DNA from: Myxococcota bacterium
GTDB taxonomy: Bacteria; Myxococcota_A; Polyangia; Polyangiales; Sandaracinaceae
Assembly: GCA_036149055.1 (NCBI GenBank)
Contig: JAYZQJ010000182.1
Span: 32,001 to 96,000, forward strand
Direction of reading: 5' to 3'
DNA length: 64,000 bases
The notes beneath the pieces were generated by a model, which saw nothing but the letters and a program-made list of their open reading frames with translations, was not told the origin of the DNA and did no database searches. Position 1 is the stretch's first letter. Each line of letters begins with the position of its first letter. The translations under genes were made by a program, and so were the position numbers. Positions 52,834 to 62,856 of this stretch are shown piece by piece.

Positions 52834-53676
52834 TCAAACGGAACCGTGCGACGACATCGAAACGGAAGCCGTCTCGTGCGCCGCGAACCAGCGCCGCAGC
52901 CGGGCGTTGATGGCCCGCGCGCACTGAAAGATCAAGCCGTGGCCCGCGAAGTCGTAGAGCACGTCGTCGTCCCCGGGCACGAGCGAGGCCAGGCGCGCCT
53001 GCTCCCGCGGGCTCACCAGCCCGTCGCGGCCGGCCCGGATCGTCTGCACCGGCATGCGCAGCGACGCGAGCCGGGACCGGGTGTCGTGGGTCATCACCGC
53101 GCGGAGCTGGCCGAGGCGGGTCCGGGGCGAGGGCCGCGAGCCGAGCTGCTCCTCCATGCGCCGGGCCATCGCCGCGCGATCGGCCACCCGCAGGTAGTCG
53201 GCCGGGTAGAGGAGATAGGCGAGCGCGTGATGACGCTCCTCCGGCGGCAGCAGGTTGACCTGCAGGAAGCCGCGCACCCCCCGGAGCGGCGGCACCCGGC
53301 TCGACGGCCCGCCGGCGTGGGTGGCGATCAGGGTCAGGGAGGTGACGCGAGAGGGCGCGGCGAGCGCCAGCTCCTGCGCGATCATGCCGCCCATCGAGAC
53401 GCCGACCACGTGGGCGCGATCCCAGCCCGCGGCGTCCATCACCCGGAGCGCGTCGCCGGCCATGTCCTTCATGCCCCACGCGCCGGGCGCCTCCTCGGAG
53501 TCGCCGACCCCGCGGTTGTCGAAGGTGACGAGCCGGTGGTCGCGCGACAGCTCCTCGACCTGCGGCCGCCAGACCCGGCCCCGCATGCCCATGCCCATGA
53601 TCATCAGGACGCGGGGGCCGCGGTCGCCGTGGCGGGTGAAGGCGATGCGCGGGGAGCCGTCGGTGACGCCGGTCAC
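52834..53676 (-). CDS. Alpha/beta fold hydrolase
   Basis: IMGMG, FDNRGVGDS, GVSMGG, DGLV, AGHG. Confidence 0.9.
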   Translation of the reverse strand: MTGVTDGSPRIAFTRHGDRGPRVLMIMGMGMRGRVWRPQVEELSRDHRLVTFDNRGVGDSEEAPGAWGMKDMAGDALRVMDAAGWDRAHVVGVSMGGMIAQELALAAPSRVTSLTLIATHAGGPSSRVPPLRGVRGFLQVNLLPPEERHHALAYLLYPADYLRVADRAAMARRMEEQLGSRPSPRTRLGQLRAVMTHDTRSRLASLRMPVQTIRAGRDGLVSPREQARLASLVPGDDDVLYDFAGHGLIFQCARAINARLRRWFAAHETASVSMSSHGSV

Positions 53677-55403
53677 GCGTCCGCCTCCTCGTCGTCCTCT
53701 TCGTCCTTCTTCCGGCGGATCTCCTCCTCGCGCACCTCCTCTTCGGGCGGCGGGGACTCCTCGCGCCGGTTCCGGCGGCCGACGAAGATCATGTAGAGCA
53801 TCGCGCCGAGCGCGAGCCAGCCGGGCCAGTCGCCGAGGTACTCGTAGACGGTGTGGCCCTGGAGCATCGCCACCTCGCCGTGCAGGCTCGCGCGGTCGAA
53901 GAGCGGCCCCTCGGCGATCACGCGGCCGGTGGGATCGATGATCGCGCTGACGCCGGTGTTCGTGGCCCGCACGAGGTAGCGGTGGTGCTCGACCGCGCGC
54001 ATCTTCGCGAGCGCGAGGTGCACGTAGGGCTCCTGCGTGTCGCCGAACCAGGCGTCGTTCGTGACGTTCACCAGGAGGTGCGGGTTGGCCTCGCGCACCG
54101 CCTGCCGCACGAACTTCGGGAGGATGTCCTCGTAGCAGACGAGGGTGGAGATCCGATATTCGCGGAAGGGCAGCGGCCGGACGTGATCGCCCGGGGTGAA
54201 GTGCCCGGTGTTCGGCGAGTAGTCGTAGAGGACCGGGAAGACGTCGCCGAAGGGGATGTACTCGCCGAAGGCCAGGAGATAGGTCTTGTCGACGTGGGCC
54301 TGGATGCGGCCCGCCTCGTCGGTGATGAAGGCGGTGTTGTAGGCGCGGCGGGTCCCGTCCTCGGCGCGGTCGATGCTGAGGCCGCCGAAGATGAGGGGCG
54401 TGCGCGGGAAGCCGGGGTTGTCGATCCGGAACCAGGCGGCCGCGTTGTCGAAGAAGGGCGCGACCGGGGTGCCGGTGTCGCGCGGCACGGTGAAGGTGGC
54501 GGCGGACTCGGGCCAGACGAGCAGGTCGAGCTCCGGGTGGGCCGCCTCGAGCTCGGCGGACTGGGCGAGGTGGCGATGGAGGCCCTCGCCCGGGTCCTCG
54601 CGCTTCTCGTAGATGCCCATGTTGGTCTGCACGACGCCGACCTCGATCTTCGGCGCGGCGGCGACCCGGGCCTCGACCTCGGAGATGCGCCACGCGCCGT
54701 AGCCGAGCACGAAGACCACGCACCCCGCGAACACGGCCGGGGCGCGCCAGGCGAGCGGCTCCTTGCGCACCCGGGCCCGCGCGAGCTCGTAGAGGGCGCC
54801 GTTGCCGAGCATCGCCAGCGCGGTCAGCAGCATCGGGCCGCCGAGGTCGGCGACCTGCACCACCACCGGCAGCATGTGAAAGCTGTTGCCGTAGTAGTGG
54901 TCGAAGAGCATCGGGAAGACGGTCTCGGCCGTCAGGTACGCGGCGACGAGCGACGCGGTCGCGTTGAACCCGCGCTCCCGCGCGCGGCGCCAGAGCCAGA
55001 GCACGAAGACGAACTCGATGGCCTGGTAGAGGAAGTAGATGGAGGCGAAGGCGAGCGCGAGCGGATACGGGAAGCCCCCGAAGTCCACGATCGTGTTCAC
55101 CACCCAGTAGAAGCCGCCGTAGTAGGCGATGTAGCCGAAGAAGAGCGCGCGCCAGAAGAACTTCCAGCCGATCGGCTTCGGGTCGGCGTCGAAGACGAAG
55201 AGCGCCGGGACCATGCCGCAGAACGCGAGCGGCCAGACCCCGAACCCGGCGAAGCCGAGGAACATGAGTACCGCGCTGACGAGCAGCAGCCCGTAGCTCC
55301 GGCCGATCTCGGCCCAGTCGCGGGCGGGCTTCTTCGGCGCCGCTTCGGGCGCGCTGGTGTTCTTCTTCGCGCCGGGGCGGGCGCGCCTCTTCTTCTTCGC
55401 CAT
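53673..55403 (-). CDS. lnt: Apolipoprotein N-acyltransferase
   Basis: Multiple TMs; VQTN, VWPESA, YNTA, DK.YLLAFGEYIP, VCYED, VTNDAWFG, RAVE, RATNTGVS. Confidence 0.95.
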   Translation of the reverse strand: MAKKKRRARPGAKKNTSAPEAAPKKPARDWAEIGRSYGLLLVSAVLMFLGFAGFGVWPLAFCGMVPALFVFDADPKPIGWKFFWRALFFGYIAYYGGFYWVVNTIVDFGGFPYPLALAFASIYFLYQAIEFVFVLWLWRRARERGFNATASLVAAYLTAETVFPMLFDHYYGNSFHMLPVVVQVADLGGPMLLTALAMLGNGALYELARARVRKEPLAWRAPAVFAGCVVFVLGYGAWRISEVEARVAAAPKIEVGVVQTNMGIYEKREDPGEGLHRHLAQSAELEAAHPELDLLVWPESAATFTVPRDTGTPVAPFFDNAAAWFRIDNPGFPRTPLIFGGLSIDRAEDGTRRAYNTAFITDEAGRIQAHVDKTYLLAFGEYIPFGDVFPVLYDYSPNTGHFTPGDHVRPLPFREYRISTLVCYEDILPKFVRQAVREANPHLLVNVTNDAWFGDTQEPYVHLALAKMRAVEHHRYLVRATNTGVSAIIDPTGRVIAEGPLFDRASLHGEVAMLQGHTVYEYLGDWPGWLALGAMLYMIFVGRRNRREESPPPEEEVREEEIRRKKDEEDDEEADA

Positions 55404-55413
55404 GCGGTGGGCT

Positions 55414-55800
55414 TCAGGCCTTGGCGCCGAGCGCCTTGCGGACCTTGGAGACGAGCTCCTCGGTCTTGAAGGGCTTGGTCACGTAGAACCGCGCGCCCGC
55501 GTTGATGCCCGCGATCACGTCGCGGGGCTGGGTCCGGGCGGTGAGCATCACCACCGGCACGTGGGCGAGCTTGCTGTCGTGCTTGAGCTGCTTCGAGAGC
55601 GTCAGCCCGTCCATGCGCGGCATCATCAGGTCGGTGACGATGACGTCGGGGCGCGCGGCCTTGGCCTTCTCGAGCGCCTCCTGACCGTCCCGCGCCGTCT
55701 CGACGTCCCCGAGCGCCCGGAGCACGTGGTCGAGCATCTTGAGCACGTCCGGATCGTCCTCGGCGACGAGGATGCGCGGTCGACTCCCGGTGGCTGCCAT
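55414..55800 (-). CDS. Single-domain response regulator
   Basis: ILVAEDD, PDVIVTDLMMP.MDG, MLTA, YVTKPF. Confidence 0.92.
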   Translation of the reverse strand: MAATGSRPRILVAEDDPDVLKMLDHVLRALGDVETARDGQEALEKAKAARPDVIVTDLMMPRMDGLTLSKQLKHDSKLAHVPVVMLTARTQPRDVIAGINAGARFYVTKPFKTEELVSKVRKALGAKA

Positions 55801-55902
55801 GGCGCGCTCGAAGGTAGCACGTGAGCGCGACTCCGCCGCTCCCGCCGCCGGCGACACGCACCGATTGCGCCCCCGGAGCCGCCGCCGGCACGTGTACGAA
55901 CC

Positions 55903-55917
55903 TGGCACACGCGATGC
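55903..55917 (+). promoter_or_regulatory. Sigma54 -24/-12 promoter
   Basis: TGGCACACGCGATGC, GG-N10-GC, upstream of RBS and ATG 55941. Confidence 0.55.
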
Positions 55918-55940
55918 GTCAGGTCGCTCCGGGGGGAATC

Positions 55941-56771
55941 ATGAAGACCGACTGGAAGCGATGCGCCTGGGCGGGCGCGCTCGCGGCGGCCGCGCTGTGC
56001 CCGAGCGCGGCGGCGGCGACCGAGGGCCCCGAGACACCCGACAACCCGTACGCCGAGGACGCCCGGGCGACGCCGCCCGAGCCGCCGGCCTCGCCAGAGG
56101 GCCCGATCACCGCGCTCGATCGGGTGCTCGCCGAGGGCTCGGCCGACCCGATCGCCGCGGTGCCGGACGCCGAAGATCTGCGGCGGGACGCGGCCCAGGA
56201 GCGCGACGAGGCGGAGGCCCGCGCGCGGGAGGCCGCCCGGCAGCGGCGACTCGCCGAGCGCGCTCGCGAGGAGGCCCGCGCCCGCGAGGAGGCCCCTTCG
56301 CCCGAGCCGCGCGCACAGCCTCCGCGGGCCCCGGTCCCGGTCGTGACGACGACGCCGCCCGCGAGGGAGCCCGCGGCGGAGCCGACACCTCCTTCTCCCA
56401 GGCCGGGACCCGCGCCGATCGCGATCGACGCCGACACCGAGCGCGCCCTCAGCGCCGCGCTCGCGCCCGTCGCGGCGCCGGCGCCGGAGCCGGAGGCGGA
56501 GCCCGAGCCGGACCCGCGCGGGGTCGCGGTGCAGGCGGCGATCCGGGAGATCTCTCCCGACGTCCGCGCCTGCGCTCCCGCGCGCCGAGGGGGCGTGGTG
56601 CGGATCGAGGCCACCTTCCGCGCCGACGGCGCCGTCCGGCGGACCCGGGTCGGCCGCGCGGCGACGCACCTCACCCCGGCCGAGCGGTCCTGCATCGCGC
56701 GGGCGGCGAGGCGGGCGCGGGCGAGCGAGCTCGGCGCGCCGCTCGAGGTGACCTTCGAGCTACGCCTCTAG
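55941..56771 (+). CDS. Exported Pro-rich protein with TonB-C/AgmX-like C-terminal domain
   Basis: Signal peptide, PEPE linker, VRAC…F.ADG.V…CI..A.R…VTF.L. Confidence 0.6.
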   Translation: MKTDWKRCAWAGALAAAALCPSAAAATEGPETPDNPYAEDARATPPEPPASPEGPITALDRVLAEGSADPIAAVPDAEDLRRDAAQERDEAEARAREAARQRRLAERAREEARAREEAPSPEPRAQPPRAPVPVVTTTPPAREPAAEPTPPSPRPGPAPIAIDADTERALSAALAPVAAPAPEPEAEPEPDPRGVAVQAAIREISPDVRACAPARRGGVVRIEATFRADGAVRRTRVGRAATHLTPAERSCIARAARRARASELGAPLEVTFELRL

Positions 56772-59351
56772 CTAGGCGGGCTCGTCGTCGGGCTTGCGGC
56801 GCCGGAAGCGGCCGGGCGGCACCTTGGGCGCGGCCACCCGGAGGAGCGCCGGCTGCACGATCAGGGTCGAGAGCAAGCACATGCCGACCGTGACCCCGAT
56901 CAGCTCGCCGAAGCGCTGCACCGGCACGAACGAGCTGGTCAGCATCACCCCGAAGCCGAGCATCAGGGTCACGCAGCTGACCACCACCGCGCGACCGGTG
57001 CCGCGGGCCGCGCGCACGAGCGCCGCGTTGCGGCCGATGCCGTTCGCGATCTCCTCCTTGTAGCGCGCGAGCAGGTGGATCGAGCCGTCCACCGCGAGCC
57101 CGAGGCTGATCGAGAAGACGATCACCGTGGCCGCGTTGAGCGGGATGTCGCGCATCGCCATCCAGGCCACCGTGCCCACGAGCGGGAGCACGTTGGGGGG
57201 GATGCTCAGCATGCCGAGGCGCCAGCTGCCGAAGAGCACGACGAGCATGCCGAAGATGATCAGCACCGCGGTGCTCAGGCTGCCCAGCAGATCGCGCACC
57301 ACCGCGTTGAGGCCGACCGACCCGGTGTAGCCCTCGCCCGCCATCGAGACGTCGATCCCGAGCGGGCCGAAGCGCTCGTCGAGCCGGGCGCGCAGCGCGT
57401 CGATGACCACGATGCTCCGGGCGGCGCCGATGTCGGCGAGCCGCACCTGGATCCGCGCGACCCGGCCGTCCTCGGTGATGAAGGCGTTGAGCGGATCCGG
57501 CTCGACCCCGGCGAAGAGGGTGCGCAGCGCGTCGACCTGCTCGGCCGAGGCGAAGCGCTCGGTGCGGGCTTCGTCGTCGCCCGCGATCTGGGCCCAGGTC
57601 TCGTGCAGGTAGTCGCTGATCGAGACGGTGCCGAGCACGCCGTCCTGCTCGCGCAGCCAGGCCTGGGTCTCGTCGATGGCGGCGATGACCTCGGGGTCGT
57701 CGAAGCGCGCGGGGTCCTCCGCCTCGAGCATGATCTCGAGCGGGCGCACCCCCTCGAGCTTCTCCTCGAGCAGCAGGGTGCTGACGACCGCCTCGTCCTC
57801 CTCGTCGAACTCGTCGAGCAGGGCGCTGTCGACGGTGACCTTGATCGCCATCCAGCTGAAGCCGCCCATCAGCAGCGCGGCGCCGACGATGAAGGGCCAC
57901 GGGCGCCGCAGGATCTTGGCGGTCAGCACCACGATGGCGCGCTCGAGCAGCCCGCGATCGGCCCGCGGCGCGTCCTCCTTCGCGCGCTTGATGCGCAGGG
58001 TGATGCGCTTGCGCTCCCGCGGCGGCAGCGGCGGGTCGAAGAGCGTCATCGCCGGCGGCAGGAAGCCGATGGTGACCACGTACGCGATGAGCACGCCGAT
58101 GCCCGCGGTGACGCCGAAGCGCTGCAGCATCGCGGTCTGGCTGACCACCAGCGAGGCGAGGCCGACGGCGGTGGTGATCGACGTCAGGAAGCAGGCCACC
58201 GTCATCGCCTTCACGGTGTTGCGGGCCGCCTCCATCTTGCTCGACGCGTGATCGAGCTCCTCCCGGTAGCGCCCGATCAGGTGGATCGAGTCGCTGACGC
58301 CGATGATGATCAACAGCGGCGGGATGATGTTGTTGATCACGTTCATCGTCTCGCCGGCGAGGGCCATGGCGCCGATGACCATGATCGCGCTCAGGCCGAC
58401 CGCGACGACGGGCAGGAAGGTGCCCGGCACCCAGCGGAACGAGATGAAGAGCAGGACGAGGCACACCAGCAGCGTGAGCGGCACGATGCGCACGTTGTCG
58501 TCCGCCATCTTCACGACGATGGAGTTGAAGAGGTGGGGCAGGCCCCCGCGGTGCACGGTGACGCCGCTCGGCGGCGGGTTGGCCTCGAGCCACGCGTCGA
58601 CGCTCTCGACCGTGTCCTGCATCACGCGGTGATCCTCGACCCGCTCGTCGAGGGCGAGGGCGACCACGGTGAGGGTGCGATCGCGGCTGATGAGGCGCCC
58701 CTCGAGGAGCGGCGCGGCGTCGATGGCGCGGATCAGCCGCTCGCGCTCGGCGTCGGTGACCTCGTCGCCCTCGACCGCCGCCCCGTACTGCACGTCGGCC
58801 AGGCGCCCCGCGATCGAGCCGAGGCCCATCGGGAAGCGCTCCGGCGACGACCGGACGAGCACCCCGAGCGCGTCCTCCACCTCGGGATCCACCGCCGGCT
58901 CGTCGTCGAGATCGTCGAGGCCCTCGAGATCCTCCTCCTCGAGGTCGTCGAGCGAGGGCGCGTCGTCGAGGTCGTCGAGGCCCGCCTCCTCCGCCGCCGC
59001 GGGCAGCGCGAAGGGGGTCACCGTGATCCCGTCGACCCGGTCGACGTAGTCCTCGCGCTGGAAGGCGCGGGCCAGGCGGTGCACGTAGGCGAGCGGCTCG
59101 GGCGCGAGCACGTCGTCGGCGGTGATGAGCATCACCACCACGTGATCGGGGTTGCCGAAGCGCCGGTTGAAGTTGGCGCTGATCTCGGCCTGATCCTCGA
59201 CCCCGCTCGCGGTCAGCTGCTGCGGCGTCGGATCGGCCACGAGCTGCGGGATCCAGATCCCGAGCCCCAGCGTGATCGCGCCGATGATCCCGAGCATCAG
59301 GCCGCGTCGCCGTGTGAGCAGCCCGGCGAAGGCGTCGAGGAACCGGTTCAA
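56772..59351 (-). CDS. MMPL/RND family transporter
   Basis: Two TM bundles; IIGVSDSIH, TSITTAVG, GLAVDGSIH, GRAVVVS. Confidence 0.9.
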   Translation of the reverse strand: MNRFLDAFAGLLTRRRGLMLGIIGAITLGLGIWIPQLVADPTPQQLTASGVEDQAEISANFNRRFGNPDHVVVMLITADDVLAPEPLAYVHRLARAFQREDYVDRVDGITVTPFALPAAAEEAGLDDLDDAPSLDDLEEEDLEGLDDLDDEPAVDPEVEDALGVLVRSSPERFPMGLGSIAGRLADVQYGAAVEGDEVTDAERERLIRAIDAAPLLEGRLISRDRTLTVVALALDERVEDHRVMQDTVESVDAWLEANPPPSGVTVHRGGLPHLFNSIVVKMADDNVRIVPLTLLVCLVLLFISFRWVPGTFLPVVAVGLSAIMVIGAMALAGETMNVINNIIPPLLIIIGVSDSIHLIGRYREELDHASSKMEAARNTVKAMTVACFLTSITTAVGLASLVVSQTAMLQRFGVTAGIGVLIAYVVTIGFLPPAMTLFDPPLPPRERKRITLRIKRAKEDAPRADRGLLERAIVVLTAKILRRPWPFIVGAALLMGGFSWMAIKVTVDSALLDEFDEEDEAVVSTLLLEEKLEGVRPLEIMLEAEDPARFDDPEVIAAIDETQAWLREQDGVLGTVSISDYLHETWAQIAGDDEARTERFASAEQVDALRTLFAGVEPDPLNAFITEDGRVARIQVRLADIGAARSIVVIDALRARLDERFGPLGIDVSMAGEGYTGSVGLNAVVRDLLGSLSTAVLIIFGMLVVLFGSWRLGMLSIPPNVLPLVGTVAWMAMRDIPLNAATVIVFSISLGLAVDGSIHLLARYKEEIANGIGRNAALVRAARGTGRAVVVSCVTLMLGFGVMLTSSFVPVQRFGELIGVTVGMCLLSTLIVQPALLRVAAPKVPPGRFRRRKPDDEPA

Positions 59352-59425
59352 CGCGGGCCTTCGGAGATGTGGGTGAAGCGAGACATGCGTTCAGCGCGCC
59401 GGAGCCACACGGGCCCCGCGGAGGC

Positions 59426-60733
59426 TCATCGTGCTTGTCGCACGCTCTCGGTGAGCACGTCCAACAGGTGAGTGAGATCGGCCTCCGCGATGTTGAGCGG
59501 CGGCGTGACGTAGACCGTATCCCCCAGTGGACGGAGGAACACCCCCCTCGCGCGCGCCTCCTCGAAGACCCGCCAGCCCGCCTCCCCGCGGTAGCCGCCC
59601 TCGCCGAGGTCCGCGGCGCCGACCAGCCCGAGGGTGCGGACCCGGTGCACGCCCGGCAGCGCGGCGATCTGCTCGAAGGCCGCCTCGACGATCGGGGCCT
59701 TCTGCCGCACCTGCCCGACGATGTCGTCCTCGCGGTAGATCGCCAGGACCTCCCGAGCGACCGCGGCCCCGAGCGGGTTGCCGCAGAAGGTGTGGCCGTG
59801 CATCAGCGCGCGCTCGGCGCCGCCGCGGAAGCCGTCGTAGACGCGCCCGGTCGCCAGCGTGGCCGCCATCGGGAGCACGCCCGCGGTGAAGCCCTTGGCC
59901 GTGCACAGGAAGTCGGGCGTGATCCCGGCGAGCTCGCACGCCCACATCGCGCCGGTGCGCCCGTAGCCGGTGAAGACCTCGTCGGCGATCAGGAAGGTGT
60001 CGACCTCGCGGGTGACCTCGCGGAGGCGCGCGAGCAGCGCCGGGTCGTACATGCGCATGCCGGCCGCGCCCTGGATCAGGGGCTCGACGATCACGCCGGC
60101 GATCTCGTCCGGCCGAGCGCGGAGCTCTCGCTCCACGTGGGCGAAGGCCTTCTCCCAGCCGTCCGGGTCGGCCGCGTCGGGCGCCCGGATCACCTCGAAG
60201 AGCAGCGGGTGGAAGACGTGGTGGAACTCCTCGAGGGCGGCGAGGCTGGCCGCGCCGAGGGTGTCGCCGTGATACGCGCCGGCGAGCGAGATGAAGCGGG
60301 TCCGCGAGGGCCGGTCGTTCTGCTGCCAGTACTGGAACGCGGCCTTCACCGCGACCTCGACCGCGGTCGAGCCGTCGTCCGAGAAGTGGACCCGCTCGAG
60401 CCCCTCGGGGGCCACCTCGGCCAGCTCCTTGGCCAGGAGGGCGACCGACGGATGCGTGATGCCGCCGGCGGCCACGTGCATGAGGCGCTCGGCCTGCCGG
60501 GTCAGCGCGGTGCGGAGGCGCGGGTGGCCGTGCCCGAGGGTGCAGGTCCACCACGACGCGTTCCCCTCGAGGTAGCGGCGGCCGTCCGCGTCCATGATCC
60601 ACGGGCCCTCGGCGTGGGTGATCACGAGCGGCTCGTGCCCCTCGTGGCGCTCGCTCGAGGTGTAGGGCGGCCAGACGTGCCGGCGCTCGAGGGCGACCAC
60701 GTCCGCGCGGCTCGTGTCGGGGGGCAGGCGCAT
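59426..60733 (-). CDS. bioA: Adenosylmethionine-8-amino-7-oxononanoate aminotransferase
   Basis: HVWPPYT, SWW…GH.HP, DDGSTAVEVA.K, YHGDT, EPLIQGA.GM, DEVFTGYGRTG, AKG.TAG, HGHTF.GNP, RPLG. Confidence 0.93.
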   Translation of the reverse strand: MRLPPDTSRADVVALERRHVWPPYTSSERHEGHEPLVITHAEGPWIMDADGRRYLEGNASWWTCTLGHGHPRLRTALTRQAERLMHVAAGGITHPSVALLAKELAEVAPEGLERVHFSDDGSTAVEVAVKAAFQYWQQNDRPSRTRFISLAGAYHGDTLGAASLAALEEFHHVFHPLLFEVIRAPDAADPDGWEKAFAHVERELRARPDEIAGVIVEPLIQGAAGMRMYDPALLARLREVTREVDTFLIADEVFTGYGRTGAMWACELAGITPDFLCTAKGFTAGVLPMAATLATGRVYDGFRGGAERALMHGHTFCGNPLGAAVAREVLAIYREDDIVGQVRQKAPIVEAAFEQIAALPGVHRVRTLGLVGAADLGEGGYRGEAGWRVFEEARARGVFLRPLGDTVYVTPPLNIAEADLTHLLDVLTESVRQAR

Positions 60734-60810
60734 CGGCGCGGACCCTGCGTCGGCCCGCCCCGCTCGGCAAGCTTGGAGCGCCAGGACGCGCGAGCTAGAT
60801 TGGCCGGGCT

Positions 60811-61560
60811 TTGCGCTTCCTCTTCACTCTGCTCGCCGTCACGGCGCTCTCCGGCGTGGCCGCCGCCCAGGATCTCGAGCGCGCCCGCGTCGCCTTCGAG
60901 CAAGGCCGCGTCGCCTACGAGGCCGGCGACTTCGAGACCGCGCTGATCCGCTTCCAGGAGGCGCACCAGATCACGGGCGCTCCCGAGATCCTCTACAACG
61001 TGGCCACCGCCGCCGATCGGCTGCGGCGCGACGAGGTCGCCCTCGAGGCCTACCGGGGATACCTCGCGGCGCGCCCGGGCAGCGAGGACCGCGCGAGCGT
61101 CGAGGCCCGGATCCGGGTGCTCGAGCGACAGATCGCCGACGCGCAGCGCGAAGAGGAGGAGCGCGGCGCCGCCGAGCGAGCCGCCGCCGAGCGGGAGGCC
61201 GCGGCCGCCGCGGCGCTGGAGCGCGCCCAGGCGCAGACCAGCGATCCCGGCCCGGCGCCGTGGGTGATCGCCGGCGCGGGCGCGGCGCTGGCGGTGGCCG
61301 GCGCGGTGCTCGTGATCGTCGCCGAGGTCGACGCCGGCTGCGTGACCGCGCCGAACGGCTGCGCCGACGACGGCCCGCGCTGGGAGGACTTCGCCGAGCG
61401 CTACGATCGCATCCCGGTCTTCCGGAGCATCGGCGCCGCGGCGCTCGGGGTCGGCGCGGCGGCGATGGCCGCGGGCGTGATCTGGTGGGTGGCCGCCAGC
61501 GGGAGCGGCCCCGAGGTCGCGCTCGGCCCGGGCGGCGTGCGGGTGCGAGGGAGCTTCTGA
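60811..61560 (+). CDS. Exported TPR protein with C-terminal hydrophobic segments
   Basis: Signal peptide; F.QG…Y..GDFE.A…F.EA, ILYN.A, A..AYR.YL; typical myxobacterial C-terminus. Confidence 0.8.
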   Translation: MRFLFTLLAVTALSGVAAAQDLERARVAFEQGRVAYEAGDFETALIRFQEAHQITGAPEILYNVATAADRLRRDEVALEAYRGYLAARPGSEDRASVEARIRVLERQIADAQREEEERGAAERAAAEREAAAAAALERAQAQTSDPGPAPWVIAGAGAALAVAGAVLVIVAEVDAGCVTAPNGCADDGPRWEDFAERYDRIPVFRSIGAAALGVGAAAMAAGVIWWVAASGSGPEVALGPGGVRVRGSF

Positions 61561-62849
61561 TGCGTCGCGTGTGGCTGTCCCTTCTGCTCCTGGCGTGCGC
61601 GCCCGAGGTCCCCGAGGGCGTCTACGTCTGCGACGTCACGTCGGACTGCCCGCCCGGCATGACCTGCCAGGGCGGCCTCTGCTTCCGGGGCGAGGCCGAC
61701 GCGGGCCCTTGCGTCCCCCAGACCTGCGAGGAGCTGCGCGCGAACTGCGGCGCGCTCGACGACGGCTGCGGCACCGAGATCCAGTGCGGCGAGTGCCCGG
61801 AGGGCCGCGAGTGCGGCGCCGAGGGCATCCCGAACGTGTGCGGCTGCCCCCCGCAGTCGTGCGACGCGCTCGGCGTCGAGTGCGGGGAGGCGGCCAACGG
61901 CTGCGGCGCGAGCATCGACTGCGGCGGCTGCGCGGCGGGCGTCTCCTGCGTGGAGGGGCGCTGCGAGTGTGACGGCGACACCCTCTGCCGGGAGCTCGGG
62001 TTCGACTGCGGGAGCGTGGAGACCCCCTGCGGCGACGTCGTACCGTGCGGCACCTGCGAGACGGCCGAGACCTGCGGGGCCGGAGGCCCGAACCGCTGCG
62101 GCGTCGGCACCTGCACCCCCGATCCGGACGCCTGCGAGGGCATGGAGTGCGGCATGGCGCCCGACGGCTGCGGGGACCTCGTCCCGTGCGGCACCTGCGC
62201 CGCGCCCCAGACCTGCGGCGGCGGCGGCGAGGCGGGGCGCTGCGGCTGCACGCCGACCACCTGCGCGGCGGCGGCGGCGGCCTGCGGGAGAGTCGTCGAC
62301 GGCTGCGGCGCGAGCATCGACTGCGGCGAGTGCCCTCCCGCCCGCGACTGCACCACCGCGAACCAGTGCGTCTGCGCGATGGATCGCGGCGGGGACACGG
62401 CGGCCATGGCGTTCCCGCTGGGCAACCTGATGAACGGCTCGATGGCGACGTACCTCGACGAGGCCATCTACCCCCAGACCGACGAGGACTGGGTCCGCTG
62501 GGACTTCTCGGGCACGGCCGGCGCGCTCCAGGCGCACACCCTGGACGTCCACCTCCGCCGCCTGCCGGGCAACTTCGAGCTCGCCGTGTTCATCGAGTGC
62601 AGCGTGAGCGCCGAGGTCGACTCCCCGACGTGCACGGGCGGCTCCACGCCGATCATGCACCCCACCCTGGGCCCGGGGTGCGTGAGCGACGTCGCCGGCA
62701 CCGGCGACGAGCACGTCACGATCGAGCGCGCGTGCAACGCGTCGCGCTACTTCGCGGTGGTCCGCCGCTCGCGAGCCGTCGGCGGCTCGCCGATCCTGCC
62801 CTGCGACGCCTACGAGCTCGGCGTGAGCCTGTCGGTGATGACCAAGTAG
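61560..62849 (+). CDS. Cys-rich repeat lipoprotein
   Basis: LLLLAC lipobox; repeats C.P.TC…CG…DGCG..I.CG.C; TGATG overlap with TPR gene. Confidence 0.8.
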   Translation: MRRVWLSLLLLACAPEVPEGVYVCDVTSDCPPGMTCQGGLCFRGEADAGPCVPQTCEELRANCGALDDGCGTEIQCGECPEGRECGAEGIPNVCGCPPQSCDALGVECGEAANGCGASIDCGGCAAGVSCVEGRCECDGDTLCRELGFDCGSVETPCGDVVPCGTCETAETCGAGGPNRCGVGTCTPDPDACEGMECGMAPDGCGDLVPCGTCAAPQTCGGGGEAGRCGCTPTTCAAAAAACGRVVDGCGASIDCGECPPARDCTTANQCVCAMDRGGDTAAMAFPLGNLMNGSMATYLDEAIYPQTDEDWVRWDFSGTAGALQAHTLDVHLRRLPGNFELAVFIECSVSAEVDSPTCTGGSTPIMHPTLGPGCVSDVAGTGDEHVTIERACNASRYFAVVRRSRAVGGSPILPCDAYELGVSLSVMTK

Positions 62850-62856
62850 CTGCGGA

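Noticed and set aside
61560..62849. Cys-rich lipoprotein as MNIO substrate or novel system
   Set aside because: Disulfide-type repeat lipoproteins paired with TPR genes are commonplace in myxobacteria and it is 15 kb from the MNIO loci.
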